DNA from: a virus
Lineage: Duplodnaviria; Caudoviricetes
Virus record (IMG/VR): IMGVR_UViG_3300030060_003581
Coordinates: 1-59,746 of that record
Strand: one strand, 5' to 3'
DNA length: 59,746 nt
A program made the translations under genes and the position numbers. Below the pieces are notes generated by a model. It did no database searches and was not told where the DNA came from. It was given only the letters and a program-made list of their open reading frames with translations. Of the stretch, positions 1 to 9,891 are shown piece after piece (the first letter of the stretch is position 1; each line of letters begins with the position of its first letter).

Positions 1-141
1 CTCTAGGTGAGTAGCCTGTTTGCTATGCAAGTGTTCGTTAGCGATAAGGATGCCGTGTAAGTCCCTTTGCACCGAATCGAACATTTCCATACCAACGGCT
101 AAGGTTTGAATACCAAGACCAAACTTTAGGAATCCGCCCAT
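1..141. repeat. Terminal direct repeat, copy 1 (circular assembly overlap with 59606-59746)
   Basis: 1-141 matches 59606-59746 except at window positions 6 (G vs A) and 64 (C vs T). Confidence 0.97.
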
Positions 142-1395
142 ATACTGAAACATTCCAATCATTCGACCGATACCTTCGCTCACTTCTGCACCGAACATAC
201 CGGTGAACATATTTTGCATTTCAAGTATATCGTTTCGTGCCTTTTGTGCGCCTATTTGGAATGGCAACAAAGCCTCGCCAAGCGTTGCCTTTAGGTTTTC
301 GGCTTCTGCTTCTGCCGCCTCCATCTGATAAGCAAGAGCCTCCATAGCGTCTTCTGCTTGTGTTGTTGCAGAATCATAGCCTTCTAAACCATCTGCCGCT
401 AAGGTCACAACTCGGCTTTGGTTTTCCATTAACTTGATGAAACGGACATAGTGCCTGTTACCAGCAATAGTCTGTGCTATATTCTGCTTCATAGCGGAGG
501 ACATATTATGCCAGCCCTTGTCAACCAAGTCCTGTATAATTTCCTTCATCGTTAACATTTCGCCGTCAGCATCTCTAATGGTAACTCCCATTTGCTCTAA
601 CTGAGTTCTTGCGCCGTTAATGTCACCACCCATACGAGCGTAAATCATACGCAAGGCACGACCAGCCGCCCCCGCTTCTTCACCGGATTCGAGCAGAACC
701 GCAGACATAGCGGCCATATCGTGAAATGTTTCGCCTACCAACGCACCCTGCGCCGAGAAGTTAGTCATAACTTCAACCAATTCACCTTCAACCGCTACCG
801 ACCGGTTAGCAATTGTGTTAAGTGCGTCAAGAGCATAAGCGGCATTCTCAGTCAATACTGCTTCTTTTTCTAATTGACTTAGCCTTTGGAACTGACTAGC
901 GTTTAAGTCGCCATACAACACGCCTGTTTGTTGTTGCAGTTTGATGATACCCTTCATGGCTTCTTCTGATGTAAGGTCAGATATGTTAGATAGGATTTCA
1001 GCCTGTCTAACTAAGAACGGGATATTTTCATTACCTACAATTTGACCTACCTGTGCGGCTCTTGAACCTGCGGCCAACGCCTCAGTTCCAACTTTAGCGA
1101 ACTCTAAACCTACTTGTTTAAGTTCATCAGACATGCCTTCAATGTCATCACCGGAATAGAACTTAGCAAACTCAACTTCGGCTTTGCCCATTTCAATAGT
1201 AATCTGCCTAATTTCATTTAGAAATACACCGATAGCCATTGTCACATCTTCAACCGGCTTTATCATGGCCTCGAAAGAGTCGAGAGTAACCGCCCTCATA
1301 ACATTCATTACTGTTCTGTGGTCGTGAATTAACTTACGAGCGTTAAATCCAGCGACTACATTGAAGAATACTTGGGATGCACCTACTCTTGTCAT
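1..1395 (-). CDS. Tail tape measure protein, N-terminal part (continues across the junction into 59605-57056; about 1314 aa in total)
   Basis: Not in the ORF track. ATG at 1395 after GAGTGA RBS. Open frame MTRVGASQVFFNVVAG...AGAAGRALRMIYARM...GVTIRDADGEMLTMKEII, a TP901-type tape-measure domain. In frame with the ATG at 141 (= 59746). Confidence 0.9.
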   Translation of the reverse strand, partial: MTRVGASQVFFNVVAGFNARKLIHDHRTVMNVMRAVTLDSFEAMIKPVEDVTMAIGVFLNEIRQITIEMGKAEVEFAKFYSGDDIEGMSDELKQVGLEFAKVGTEALAAGSRAAQVGQIVGNENIPFLVRQAEILSNISDLTSEEAMKGIIKLQQQTGVLYGDLNASQFQRLSQLEKEAVLTENAAYALDALNTIANRSVAVEGELVEVMTNFSAQGALVGETFHDMAAMSAVLLESGEEAGAAGRALRMIYARMGGDINGARTQLEQMGVTIRDADGEMLTMKEIIQDLVDKGWHNMSSAMKQNIAQTIAGNRHYVRFIKLMENQSRVVTLAADGLEGYDSATTQAEDAMEALAYQMEAAEAEAENLKATLGEALLPFQIGAQKARNDILEMQNMFTGMFGAEVSEGIGRMIGMFQYMGGFLKFGLGIQTLAVGMEMFDSVQRDLHGILIANEHLHSKQATHLE

Positions 1396-1399
1396 GTTA

Positions 1400-1708
1400 T
1401 CACTCTCCCGTAGTATGAACAGGTATGCCCCGTTGTTTTAATAATTCGACTACTTCGCTATCAGAAGCAGTAGTAGTTTGGCCTTTTTGCCTTCTTTGTC
1501 TGACACGCTCCATCATGGCTTTGCCGTCTTTATCGGCTTTGCCTGTGGCGTCTTTAACTTGGTCGTGCATATCGTTTAACACGGCAAGGTCATACTCGAA
1601 CTTTAGCATCCCGCCCTCTCCTGTATATTTCATCAATAAATCGCTGGGAACAGCGCCTTTGTATGACGAACATAAGGCAGGGGCTACCTTGCCTAAGAGT
1701 CCAAAGGG
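1400..1708 (-). CDS. Tail assembly chaperone, frameshifted C-terminal extension (gpT-like)
   Basis: The -1 frame is open from the slippery site CCCTTTG (1708-1702) through ORF 1400..1636. Lies directly upstream of the tape measure gene. Confidence 0.7.
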   Translation of the reverse strand, partial: PFGLLGKVAPALCSSYKGAVPSDLLMKYTGEGGMLKFEYDLAVLNDMHDQVKDATGKADKDGKAMMERVRQRRQKGQTTTASDSEVVELLKQRGIPVHTTGE

Positions 1709-2040
1709 ATTGCACCCTCCGGTTCGTCAATACCCCGCACAAAGTTAAATACACTAAGTAGTTCATCTTTGTCGAGCATATTTACATCGAAATCATCGGG
1801 TAGGCAAGGTGGAATCATTTCTCTCATCTGAGAGTTAACATCACCGCCAGCATCTTCAAGAGCGGTCATAAACTCCTCTTGTTGTTCGTCAGTCCATTCT
1901 TCTTGGTCTAAGCCAAAGTGCTTAAACTTTCTAAATGTTTTGGCTAATAAGGTTTCAAACTTGAGGCGTTCCATACCGGAGGCTTGGCGCACCCAAATCT
2001 TCTTTGTTCCAATTTCAAACTCTTTCTTTAGTATCGGCAT
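1693..2040 (-). CDS. Tail assembly chaperone (gpG-like)
   Basis: Lies between tail tube and tape measure genes. Probable start MPILKKEF at 2040. Ends with an XXXYYYZ heptamer. Confidence 0.7.
   Translation of the reverse strand: MPILKKEFEIGTKKIWVRQASGMERLKFETLLAKTFRKFKHFGLDQEEWTDEQQEEFMTALEDAGGDVNSQMREMIPPCLPDDFDVNMLDKDELLSVFNFVRGIDEPEGAIPLDS
1702..1708 (-). other. Programmed -1 ribosomal frameshift site (C CCT TTG)
   Basis: X XXY YYZ in the correct phase (ATC CCT TTG). The -1 frame joins the downstream ORF. Confidence 0.7.
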
Positions 2041-2233
2041 CTTTATCACTTTTCTTTACTTTACTTTTCTTTGCTGGCTTTTTTGCCTTTGTTGTCTTTT
2101 TCTTTACTTCGACAACAGGTTCTTCAACGACTACCGGTTCTTCAACTACCGGCTCGTCGTCTTGAATAGAGAGTCCTTTTGTTAGGACTACTGATTTTAC
2201 TTTTCCAATTATTTTTCCTACTGATTTTCGCAT
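2015..2233 (-). CDS. Small protein with EPVV repeats and Lys-rich tail
   Basis: ORF with GGTGA RBS before MRKS; low-complexity composition. Confidence 0.6.
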   Translation of the reverse strand: MRKSVGKIIGKVKSVVLTKGLSIQDDEPVVEEPVVVEEPVVEVKKKTTKAKKPAKKSKVKKSDKDADTKERV

Positions 2234-2243
2234 CTTAATCACC

Positions 2244-2438
2244 TTATTGGTCTTCATACATTATGTAGCAGACTACTCTATTATCATGTATGTTTCTAAC
2301 AATGTTTAATTCATACAAAGTATCGTTACCTGCGAGATTAGCCCTTAGATAAGTTTGAACTGAGGTATGAATATCTGCCATAGTGCCTTCAATCGCAACA
2401 ACAGTTATTTTGCTTGGGTCTTGAACAGGGCTTGCCAT
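2244..2438 (-). CDS. Hypothetical tail-region protein
   Basis: 64-aa ORF with GGTGG RBS, packed in the tail operon. Confidence 0.6.
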   Translation of the reverse strand: MASPVQDPSKITVVAIEGTMADIHTSVQTYLRANLAGNDTLYELNIVRNIHDNRVVCYIMYEDQ

Positions 2439-2448
2439 CTAAACCACC

Positions 2449-3549
2449 TTAGATTTCAGAATACTTTACACCGGTAGCAAGGTTACTTGAATCCGCAGTT
2501 TGGGTCAAGATTACTCTTGACATATTATCGAAATTATCAACAAGAGCCACGAAGTTTAGACTCAGTGTTTGTGTGTCACGACCGCTTACATTTGAGGTAG
2601 GTGCTTCCCAGCGAACCTTACGAATGTCTACGCTAAGGCTTTGTGTGCCGTTAGTAAAGTCAAGGCTCATGGCTGGTAGGAATGAAGCAGCAGAACTGCC
2701 GTCATACAACTTACCACCGGTTGTTAGAAGCATATCATAGCCCGGCACATTTGTTGCGCTTGTTGTTGAAGCGTCTGAGAACTCAACTGTTCCTGTGATT
2801 TCACGCATCTGTGGTTCGGGTTGACGAATGTAAGTTCTGTCACCGATTGAGCAAGCCGCATCAGTGTCAAGGTTCATGTTGAAATCAATACTGATAGACT
2901 TAATCTTGGTTGATGAAACTTCTGCCGAACCTGTTTCGGAGAAGTTAACTGTTCCGTCTGCGAAGTGGAATCCATCAACTGCCGCACCACTAAAGGTAAC
3001 TGAGGACTCTAGTGTAGCAACGCCGGATTCTCTCTTGCCGCTGAAGTCAGCACTTACTGTGACATATTCTCCGTGAGCCGCAGATATACCGAGCCTGTTA
3101 ATACACATACCTGTGTAGGTGTGTTCTTTTTCCTCACGACCTACTTCAATAGTGAAAGAAGGTAGGACATTTGTTTTATCCTCAGTCCATGTGTGGACAA
3201 AGTTGCTAATTGTGTAACCGCCGCCGGAAGGAGGCTCGTTTGCAGTGGAGTCGCCGTAAATACCATAAAAACACAGTCCGAGCAAGTCGTCCGGTTGCGC
3301 TACGAAGTTTATTCCACCTTCTGAGTATTCCTTTCCATTAACAGATTTTTTTGCACCGTATCGGCTCATATCGCTTCTTGTCATTAAGTCAAATCTATAT
3401 TGTATGCTTTCGTCATCAACTTCGCCGTATATCTTATTAGTTCCACTACCGCCGCTTAGAGCCGAAGCAGTTCCGTAAGTTCTAACACCGGTGCTTGTAG
3501 TATGTTCCGGTGTGATTGCGAGGTATCTATATGTAAAATTAGAGGTCAT
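2449..3549 (-). CDS. Major tail (tube) protein
   Basis: 366 aa, beta-rich; PSFTIEVG, YTGMCINRLGIS and REITGTVEF segments typical of siphovirus tail tube proteins; position before the chaperones. Confidence 0.8.
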   Translation of the reverse strand: MTSNFTYRYLAITPEHTTSTGVRTYGTASALSGGSGTNKIYGEVDDESIQYRFDLMTRSDMSRYGAKKSVNGKEYSEGGINFVAQPDDLLGLCFYGIYGDSTANEPPSGGGYTISNFVHTWTEDKTNVLPSFTIEVGREEKEHTYTGMCINRLGISAAHGEYVTVSADFSGKRESGVATLESSVTFSGAAVDGFHFADGTVNFSETGSAEVSSTKIKSISIDFNMNLDTDAACSIGDRTYIRQPEPQMREITGTVEFSDASTTSATNVPGYDMLLTTGGKLYDGSSAASFLPAMSLDFTNGTQSLSVDIRKVRWEAPTSNVSGRDTQTLSLNFVALVDNFDNMSRVILTQTADSSNLATGVKYSEI

Positions 3550-3565
3550 TTACCTTCACCTGTCT

Positions 3566-3597
3566 AACGCTACTAACGGTTTGTTATTTGAAGGTTT
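3566..3597 (-). promoter_or_regulatory. Putative late promoter for tail tube operon
   Basis: Minus-strand AAACCTTCAAATAACAAACCGTTAGTAGCGT, closely similar to the motif at 12111-12140. Confidence 0.55.
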
Positions 3598-4721
3598 CAT
3601 CTGTGCAGCATGTTCAGACGCCTCATATAAGTTAGTTCCATGCGGTGAACACAGATAACTTCATCATCGTCAGTTTTAGTGTCAAAATTAATTGTGTAGT
3701 CAATTAGACTGTCGGTAGTTCCTTGCAGACCGGTGTTAGTGTATAACTCATCAAATGCGTCACCTGCTATCTCCATAGCAGTTCTGTATGAGTTTTCATA
3801 ATCAGTTCCTCTTGTAGTTATGAATAGGATTACTTGATAGTTTTGTGTTATTCGAGTTCCGCCTAGCGTGTCAAACTCGGGCGACTCTAGTGATTGTAAG
3901 ATTACATGGATTGTTGGCGGGGCTAATCGTGATACCATCTGAGAGGATATGTCGTAACCATACACAATAGATGAGTTATTCACCATGTTTTTAAGGAAGA
4001 ATCTTTTACTGTCTTTTAGTCTTTCGACTAGAGAAAGACCCATACGAAGCAAAGAGTCAGATACAAAGGAACTTGTGGATAATTCATCAGGACTGAACGC
4101 ACCCATGTTGGTAACATAGACATTATTCCATAGAATCGTTCCATCGGTGTTGCCCCACTGTATTGTCTTGCTACTACCGGTGCTTCCGGTGACTTCTAAA
4201 TAATTCGTTTGAGCGTCAGAATCCTCAATAATCTCACGCATATACAGTCTTGCTTTGCCTGTGGAATCAAGAGTTAGCCTTAGAATAATAGGCACTGCGT
4301 CAAAACTGTCTGCTTGTGACAAATCTAATTCTCTCGATGTAACAGTCGAAGTTCCTACCAACTTTACTTTGTTTGCGTCAGAAGTCGCTTGGACTTCTGC
4401 TTTGTGTGTCCCATTATCTAATTTTAATAATACTGTCCCGTCTGCTGGCGTAGCAGTATATTTGAAGCATACAATAATACTGTATTCGTTTGTAGTAGGA
4501 GTTACCGACCATAGTTGACCACTACCTGCGCTGGCAATCTGCCAAGAGTCACCAACGGCTGAACCATCACTGCCTGTTCCTGTTAAGGTAAAGGACTCGT
4601 TATCTTGCCCAAACTCAGTCAAACTTGCAGGGTTGCCCCCGTTCATACGAGAAGTCCAATACTGATTAGTAGTTGCTATTGCCACCAGCACCACCCCCGT
4701 ATGCTTTGTTAAATGCGTCAA
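3597..4721 (-). CDS. Tail completion/terminator-like protein with N-terminal beta-sandwich domain
   Basis: Position before the tail tube gene. C-terminal ~130 aa resemble tail terminators; N-terminal part is beta-rich. The true start may be slightly downstream (MAIATTNQYW). Confidence 0.55.
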   Translation of the reverse strand: MTHLTKHTGVVLVAIATTNQYWTSRMNGGNPASLTEFGQDNESFTLTGTGSDGSAVGDSWQIASAGSGQLWSVTPTTNEYSIIVCFKYTATPADGTVLLKLDNGTHKAEVQATSDANKVKLVGTSTVTSRELDLSQADSFDAVPIILRLTLDSTGKARLYMREIIEDSDAQTNYLEVTGSTGSSKTIQWGNTDGTILWNNVYVTNMGAFSPDELSTSSFVSDSLLRMGLSLVERLKDSKRFFLKNMVNNSSIVYGYDISSQMVSRLAPPTIHVILQSLESPEFDTLGGTRITQNYQVILFITTRGTDYENSYRTAMEIAGDAFDELYTNTGLQGTTDSLIDYTINFDTKTDDDEVICVHRMELTYMRRLNMLHR

Positions 4722-5262
4722 CTATTGCTGCCCCTATTTTTGGCTTTGCTCTATCTCTAGCAAAACTCAAGAAGTCAACAGGTTTGTAACCGGGGTGAAC
4801 CATATTCTTACCGGTCTTTGCGTTAATAAATCCTGTCGAACCACTGCCGCCGCCAAAGGTAGCACTGTTTTCTATGGTCTTAAATGTGAATGGATATGCG
4901 AAAGGAGTTGCACCGTATTCTAGTAGTTGCGCTAATTTACCGCCACGACTACCACTAACTCCACCTTCGTCAATAGGATGAGAACCAAAACGAACCATAG
5001 CCTGTTGATTTTGGTCTTCTCCTATCTCAACTATTAATGAGTCTGCCACTTTGTTAGCCATGTTTTGTTGTCTAACTGACGATTGTTGCTTTAGGTGTCC
5101 TTGAGTTGGCCCGATTTCTCCTTTGAGAACATCGTATATTGCCTGTGCCATAATCTGCCCGGCAGTTCTCTCCATCTCCTTGATAGCCGCCTTTGTCTGA
5201 CGAGTATCAATAGTTAGGTCGAAACCCATGTATCGGTCTTTTCCAGCAGAACCCCTTAACAT
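4666..5262 (-). CDS. Neck/tail completion protein (HK97 gp10-like)
   Basis: LAQLLEYGA...VHPGYKPVDFL motif and position. Confidence 0.65.
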   Translation of the reverse strand: MLRGSAGKDRYMGFDLTIDTRQTKAAIKEMERTAGQIMAQAIYDVLKGEIGPTQGHLKQQSSVRQQNMANKVADSLIVEIGEDQNQQAMVRFGSHPIDEGGVSGSRGGKLAQLLEYGATPFAYPFTFKTIENSATFGGGSGSTGFINAKTGKNMVHPGYKPVDFLSFARDRAKPKIGAAIVDAFNKAYGGGAGGNSNY

Positions 5263-5263
5263 A

Positions 5264-5803
5264 TCAATCCACCGAACCTAAGTGAGCCAGCCTTGTCAAG
5301 TTCATAGTCGCTCGCTGGCGAAGGACATTAGACCTAACAGGGTCAGCACCCGAGGTGTGGAACGCTGATTCGTCTTCAAGATAAATAGAAGCCGCTAAGT
5401 CAGCGCATATCTCCTTTATGACATGAGCCATCTCGCCTTCTATCACCTTAGTTGCGGTATTATGGTCGTATGAAACTCCTGTCACTCCTGTTAGGTCATT
5501 ACTACTTTTTCCCGACCACTTAAACGAATCGCCATCAATGCTGCCGTTGCCAGCAGTTGAGAATGAAGAAGCGTCAGCAAGTGTAATTGTAGTTGCGCCT
5601 GTTGTAATAGCGCCGTTTAGAGTTGATTCTGCTATATCTGAGGATGGGGCGCTGCGACCATAGTTTCTAAACTCTTGGTCTATTGATATACTTGCCCTTC
5701 TAATCGCACTTGAAATGCGAGTAGCGGCTCTATCACGCTGACCGGAATCAAGTCCTAGCCTAATAGAAACATCAGAAGCCTCACAGTATCCCATCTTAAC
5801 CAC
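5264..5803 (-). CDS. Head-tail connector protein with inserted beta-domain
   Basis: YCEASDVSIRLG N-terminus and IKEICADLAASI helix typical of gp6/gp15-like adaptors. Confidence 0.6.
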   Translation of the reverse strand: MVKMGYCEASDVSIRLGLDSGQRDRAATRISSAIRRASISIDQEFRNYGRSAPSSDIAESTLNGAITTGATTITLADASSFSTAGNGSIDGDSFKWSGKSSNDLTGVTGVSYDHNTATKVIEGEMAHVIKEICADLAASIYLEDESAFHTSGADPVRSNVLRQRATMNLTRLAHLGSVD

Positions 5804-5804
5804 C

Positions 5805-6011
5805 TTACAAAATTAAACTACCTACATCAACACCGAAGGATGCCGCAATAAAGATAATTAGGATTCGCACACTACCATGTAGTTTAGCAAGCGATACCAT
5901 CATCTCCGTTTGAGCCTCCCCCATCTTTTCTAATAATTCCTCATGCTTGTCTATGCGCTTTTCAATATTATCGAGGCGCACTCCATGAGTAGTTCTTGAC
6001 ATACCAATCAC
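5805..6011 (-). CDS. Coiled-coil plus C-terminal TM protein (XhlA/holin-like)
   Basis: RLDNIEKRIDKHEE coiled coil followed by a hydrophobic C-terminus. Confidence 0.55.
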   Translation of the reverse strand: MIGMSRTTHGVRLDNIEKRIDKHEELLEKMGEAQTEMMVSLAKLHGSVRILIIFIAASFGVDVGSLIL

Positions 6012-6184
6012 TCCAACTTTTCAGTAACTTCATCAACAACTTCTTTAATGTCGTCAACTATGTCATCTAGTTCGTCAAGAGTTATCTTGCCATCGTCAAG
6101 ATAGTATTTTTTGTATAGTCTGTATGCCGCAGTAGCGACTATTCCCGCTACACCAACATATAATGCCACTGTTGTTATATCCAT
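6008..6184 (-). CDS. Small N-terminal TM protein (58 aa), holin-like
   Basis: Not in track; translated by eye MDITTVALYVGVAGIVATAAYRLYKKYYLDDGKITLDE...; GGTGA RBS. Confidence 0.6.
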   Translation of the reverse strand: MDITTVALYVGVAGIVATAAYRLYKKYYLDDGKITLDELDDIVDDIKEVVDEVTEKLE

Positions 6185-6352
6185 TTATTCATCACCTTTG
6201 TATTCTATTTGTTTTACTGCCGAGGTCGGTATAAAAGTAAAGGGCTTGCTCTCGCCTACCCTATATACTGCGTAACCATAGTCTGTCTTTTCAATGTTCA
6301 CATTGGTATAACACCTTTCGGGAGGAATATATACTATTTTTCCTAAGCGCAT
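6185..6352 (-). CDS. Hypothetical 55-aa protein
   Basis: Not in track; MRLGKIVYIPPERCYTNVNIEKTDYG...; abuts the next gene. Confidence 0.5.
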   Translation of the reverse strand: MRLGKIVYIPPERCYTNVNIEKTDYGYAVYRVGESKPFTFIPTSAVKQIEYKGDE

Positions 6353-6457
6353 TTTTTAGCCCCCGTAATTAAATCCTTCTTTTGTTTTTTTTCGGCCTTA
6401 TCCAAGTCTTTTGACTTTGCATCAAACCACGCATCTAACATCTTACATCTTGTCACT

Positions 6458-6625
6458 TTACTCACTCCTTAGAGATTCTATATGCTCAGCCGTAGGACAT
6501 GGGCATATATCCGTAGGCCATAAATCTAATCGTAGGTAATCTTCTCCGCCGTCATTGTGTAATACATGACCGTTCTTGAGAACTTCACGGTAGTTTTCCA
6601 ATAATACTTCATAATAACTTTTCAT
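6458..6625 (-). CDS. Small fibre-associated protein (XkdW-like, 55 aa)
   Basis: Not in track; MKSYYEVLL...LHNDGGEDYLRLDLWPTDICPCPTAEHIE; ATGA overlap with the fibre stop. Confidence 0.5.
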   Translation of the reverse strand: MKSYYEVLLENYREVLKNGHVLHNDGGEDYLRLDLWPTDICPCPTAEHIESLRSE

Positions 6626-9492
6626 GCTAATTTCACCATAATAATTGCGTTTGCGGGATTTCCACCGCCATTTTTTATTCTATACTTTCTTCCGTTGTGT
6701 GCATGGTCATTAATTTTGTGTTTTATCTGCAAAGTATCACCATCTGCTAAAGTAATAATTGAAGTGCAATCAAAATGGTCGTCTACCCAAAAACCATTCT
6801 TTTGTATTCTGCCAAAACCTTCCATAGTTAAACCATGATACATAAGTATTTGGAGTGTTATTTTCTCACCACTTACTTCTGCAATAGAAGTGCCGGTTGT
6901 CGAATCCCCAAAGTGCAATCTTGCATATACAAGATAAGTGCCAGCAGTTGAAGCAGTAGCAGTAAATGTGCCACTACTAAATCCGGTTAATGTTCCCGTT
7001 CTTGTAAATCCGCTTGAATCATCAACGGCAAGTATATTGTCTGTTGATTCTGCTAAACCATTAACAGCAGTTGTCAATTCCCATCTGCCCCATACAGAAG
7101 TAGCGTCAGCAGTTAAATAACCTGCATCATTAGCAAAAGCACTAACAGCACCGCCAGCCGGAATAAAGTTGGCTATGGCCGGTGGCTCTAAAAAACCTAA
7201 ATCATTAGTCAAAGCACTTACGGGGTCGTTGGGTTGTAATGCAGAAGCGGCCAAAGAACCTTGAGCCGCAGTAGCAAAGTCAGAAGCACTTTTAGCACTA
7301 TCTTTGACTAATTTACCTGTCGTGCCATCAAAAGCAACAAAGTTGTTGTTAGTAGCGGAGGAAGGCCCGACTACATCACCACTACCACCACCACTTGCTG
7401 CCGCCCATTTAACACCGGATGCCTCGCTACTATCGGCAGTTAGGACATGATTGTTACTCCCTACTGCCAAGCGTGTAACAGTATTGTCAGCAGTTGCTAC
7501 AAAAATATCTCCTTTTGCATCAACATCGGTTTCCATTACCGCACCTGCGGCATCAACATTAGTTGCGTCGGTTACATCTGCGTTTGGTTCAATGTTGTCT
7601 AACTTTGCCCCATCAACTGACAAGTCCCTACCATCAACGGTTTGACTACCGGACATAGTAATGTTGCCTGTCATCTGACCGCCTGCTTTTGGCAAAGCCG
7701 CATCAGCAGTTGCCCCTTGTGCCGCAGTAGCGTAATCGGCTGAATCAAATGCTTTGACTTGAGCAAGATTTGTAACTTCACTATCCATTAGTGCGCCAGC
7801 CGCAGTTACATTTGTCGTGTTTGTAGGAGTTGCGCCATCAGTAACATTCAGATGGGATAGCATATTTGTTTTATTGACACCGAGAGCGATTGTTCCGCTT
7901 GTTGTAATAGGAGAACCCGAATCAACTTCTATACCATCTGAGCCTGTTACGGCAACGCTTGTAACTGTTCCGCTACCACCGCCGCCACCACCTACGGCAC
8001 TTGCGCCAAACATTAGTGAGCCGGAACTGTTAACCCATATTGTATCGGCAGTTCCGGGGTTTGCGCCCACTCTCGTAAATTGCATACCTGTTGGGTCAAT
8101 AAGACCGGTTACTGTTAACTTACCATCAACAGTTAATGTGGAAGATGATGTAGTCCATGTTAACTTAGCGTCACTTATGAATTGACCTGCATAATCAGCA
8201 AGTTGAACCCTACCTGCATCTCCATGAGAAGGAGTGAAAGGATAAGTGTCAGTTACTATTGATGTATAGACTCCTTCTGCTACTTGTGAAAAGTTCCAAG
8301 CACCATTAATAGTCGGTCTATTTATACATATTATTGTTGATGTATTTCCTCCGCCTTTTGTATCAGCACCTATTAACTGTGCGCCACTTTCAACAGTTAA
8401 AGAATTAACATTTAGTGTTCTGCCTAAAGGAATGCTACAAATACGCCCTGCGCTATCGGGTTCATCAAGAACTACATTATACCAAGCAGCAGTAAAAGTT
8501 CCGTCGCCAGCACCGTAAGAAGGGCTGCCTGTAATTGGAAATGCAAACGCACTATTCATTTTGAAATGCCAAGTGGAAAAGCCAGCGTCAAATCTTGATG
8601 GTGTAAAAGTAAAACCGGTAGTTAATAATTTGAATACTTTTTTGAAGTCGTTTCTAGGGTCGCTTAAAGTGCCTGCGGCAGTAGCACTGCTGTTTGAAAC
8701 ATTTAGTGAATAAAATGATACTGCTTCGTGAACAGGAGAAGTAGGGGCGGCTTTGTAATCCCACTGTAAAGTAGCCGCCGCAGTGACAGTAGTTTTGGGA
8801 TAAGGCCCGTCATCAAAGGATATAGTTTGTGCGCTATTAAAATTGTAAGTTAAGTCGTCTTGATTCAAAACCTGTGCGTTATCGCCATTAGTAATATACC
8901 AATTATTAGTTCCGGGTGTGCCTTCAAATCGTAAGGTTTTATTACTGCCTGTGCTATTTTTGATAGTTCCGTCTAAAGATAGACTATTTAGTGTAAGAGT
9001 AGCGGCCTGCATATCAATAGAGGATTCTGATACTATTGAGACTGTTGCACTTTTTGCTTCATCAGTCAAAGTGCCTAAAATAGTAATAATGTTTTCTGAT
9101 ACATTTACTATATGGTAAGTCCCGTTATTTGAAGTGCTACCCGTAACTGTTATCCACATACCTGTTACAAAACCAAGTCTTTCAAAGTTTTGGCTATCAT
9201 GTTTTATTTCCTTTGAAGATGCAGTAAATGATATTTCATTAGAAGTTTCAGCAGTTTGGTATTTATATCCATCGTGAACAGTTATACTATTTACCTGTGC
9301 AATATCCCAAACGCATTCAGCAAAACCAAGTTGACCCCCTACTGAATCGGGGTGTCCAAAAACACAATCGTCACTTGGGCCCGGAACGGTTGTCACGCTC
9401 ATACTGCCCGCCGAAACACTCCAATTAGAAGCAGTGTTGGCATTAGGAACGCTTGCACTCCCTTGAAGTGCAACCCAATATTTAGTAGCCAT
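6622..9492 (-). CDS. Virion fibre/adhesin protein (956 aa)
   Basis: Gly/Ser/Thr/Ala-rich, poly-Gly hinges, GTVTSV and ALPKAGGQMTG fibre motifs, C1q/TNF-like C-terminal domain (AGTYLVYA...LADGDTLQI). Confidence 0.8.
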   Translation of the reverse strand: MATKYWVALQGSASVPNANTASNWSVSAGSMSVTTVPGPSDDCVFGHPDSVGGQLGFAECVWDIAQVNSITVHDGYKYQTAETSNEISFTASSKEIKHDSQNFERLGFVTGMWITVTGSTSNNGTYHIVNVSENIITILGTLTDEAKSATVSIVSESSIDMQAATLTLNSLSLDGTIKNSTGSNKTLRFEGTPGTNNWYITNGDNAQVLNQDDLTYNFNSAQTISFDDGPYPKTTVTAAATLQWDYKAAPTSPVHEAVSFYSLNVSNSSATAAGTLSDPRNDFKKVFKLLTTGFTFTPSRFDAGFSTWHFKMNSAFAFPITGSPSYGAGDGTFTAAWYNVVLDEPDSAGRICSIPLGRTLNVNSLTVESGAQLIGADTKGGGNTSTIICINRPTINGAWNFSQVAEGVYTSIVTDTYPFTPSHGDAGRVQLADYAGQFISDAKLTWTTSSSTLTVDGKLTVTGLIDPTGMQFTRVGANPGTADTIWVNSSGSLMFGASAVGGGGGGSGTVTSVAVTGSDGIEVDSGSPITTSGTIALGVNKTNMLSHLNVTDGATPTNTTNVTAAGALMDSEVTNLAQVKAFDSADYATAAQGATADAALPKAGGQMTGNITMSGSQTVDGRDLSVDGAKLDNIEPNADVTDATNVDAAGAVMETDVDAKGDIFVATADNTVTRLAVGSNNHVLTADSSEASGVKWAAASGGGSGDVVGPSSATNNNFVAFDGTTGKLVKDSAKSASDFATAAQGSLAASALQPNDPVSALTNDLGFLEPPAIANFIPAGGAVSAFANDAGYLTADATSVWGRWELTTAVNGLAESTDNILAVDDSSGFTRTGTLTGFSSGTFTATASTAGTYLVYARLHFGDSTTGTSIAEVSGEKITLQILMYHGLTMEGFGRIQKNGFWVDDHFDCTSIITLADGDTLQIKHKINDHAHNGRKYRIKNGGGNPANAIIMVKLA

Positions 9493-9498
9493 TTAACA

Positions 9499-9891
9499 TC
9501 AACTCGTTGATAGACGAGTTTTTGTTTTACCACTTGCGTAGGCTGAACCTTCACCTTCTGCCACTAACTTTAGAGCATCTGCGGCTCTTTTTTCATATAC
9601 TTTTATTTGTTCAGCAAACCTACGGTCATATACACTGCGCTCATCTTCGCTATAATATGTAGGAACGGTATTAATAAGAATGTTAAGACAGTCAAGAGCA
9701 ACCAGCATTTTAATTGCACCTTCTTTGAGGTCAGTAGTCACTTGGTTATCCGCCTGCACTCCATACTTAGAGCCTCTAGCGACTTTATTGACTTCGTTAG
9801 TTCTAATACTAATCATTTCAGTGATAGTTCCTTCTGTCAAACCCTTTGGCCTGTTAAGAAGGTCACGAATATTATCAGTTGTTACTGCCAT
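9499..9891 (-). CDS. Head-tail adaptor-like protein
   Basis: Helical 130-aa protein two genes after the MCP; VTTDNIRDLL N-terminus. Confidence 0.5.
   Translation of the reverse strand: MAVTTDNIRDLLNRPKGLTEGTITEMISIRTNEVNKVARGSKYGVQADNQVTTDLKEGAIKMLVALDCLNILINTVPTYYSEDERSVYDRRFAEQIKVYEKRAADALKLVAEGEGSAYASGKTKTRLSTS

Noticed and set aside
1-141. Biological direct terminal repeat
   Set aside because: It falls in the middle of the tape measure CDS, and its 141-nt length is typical of an assembler k-mer overlap
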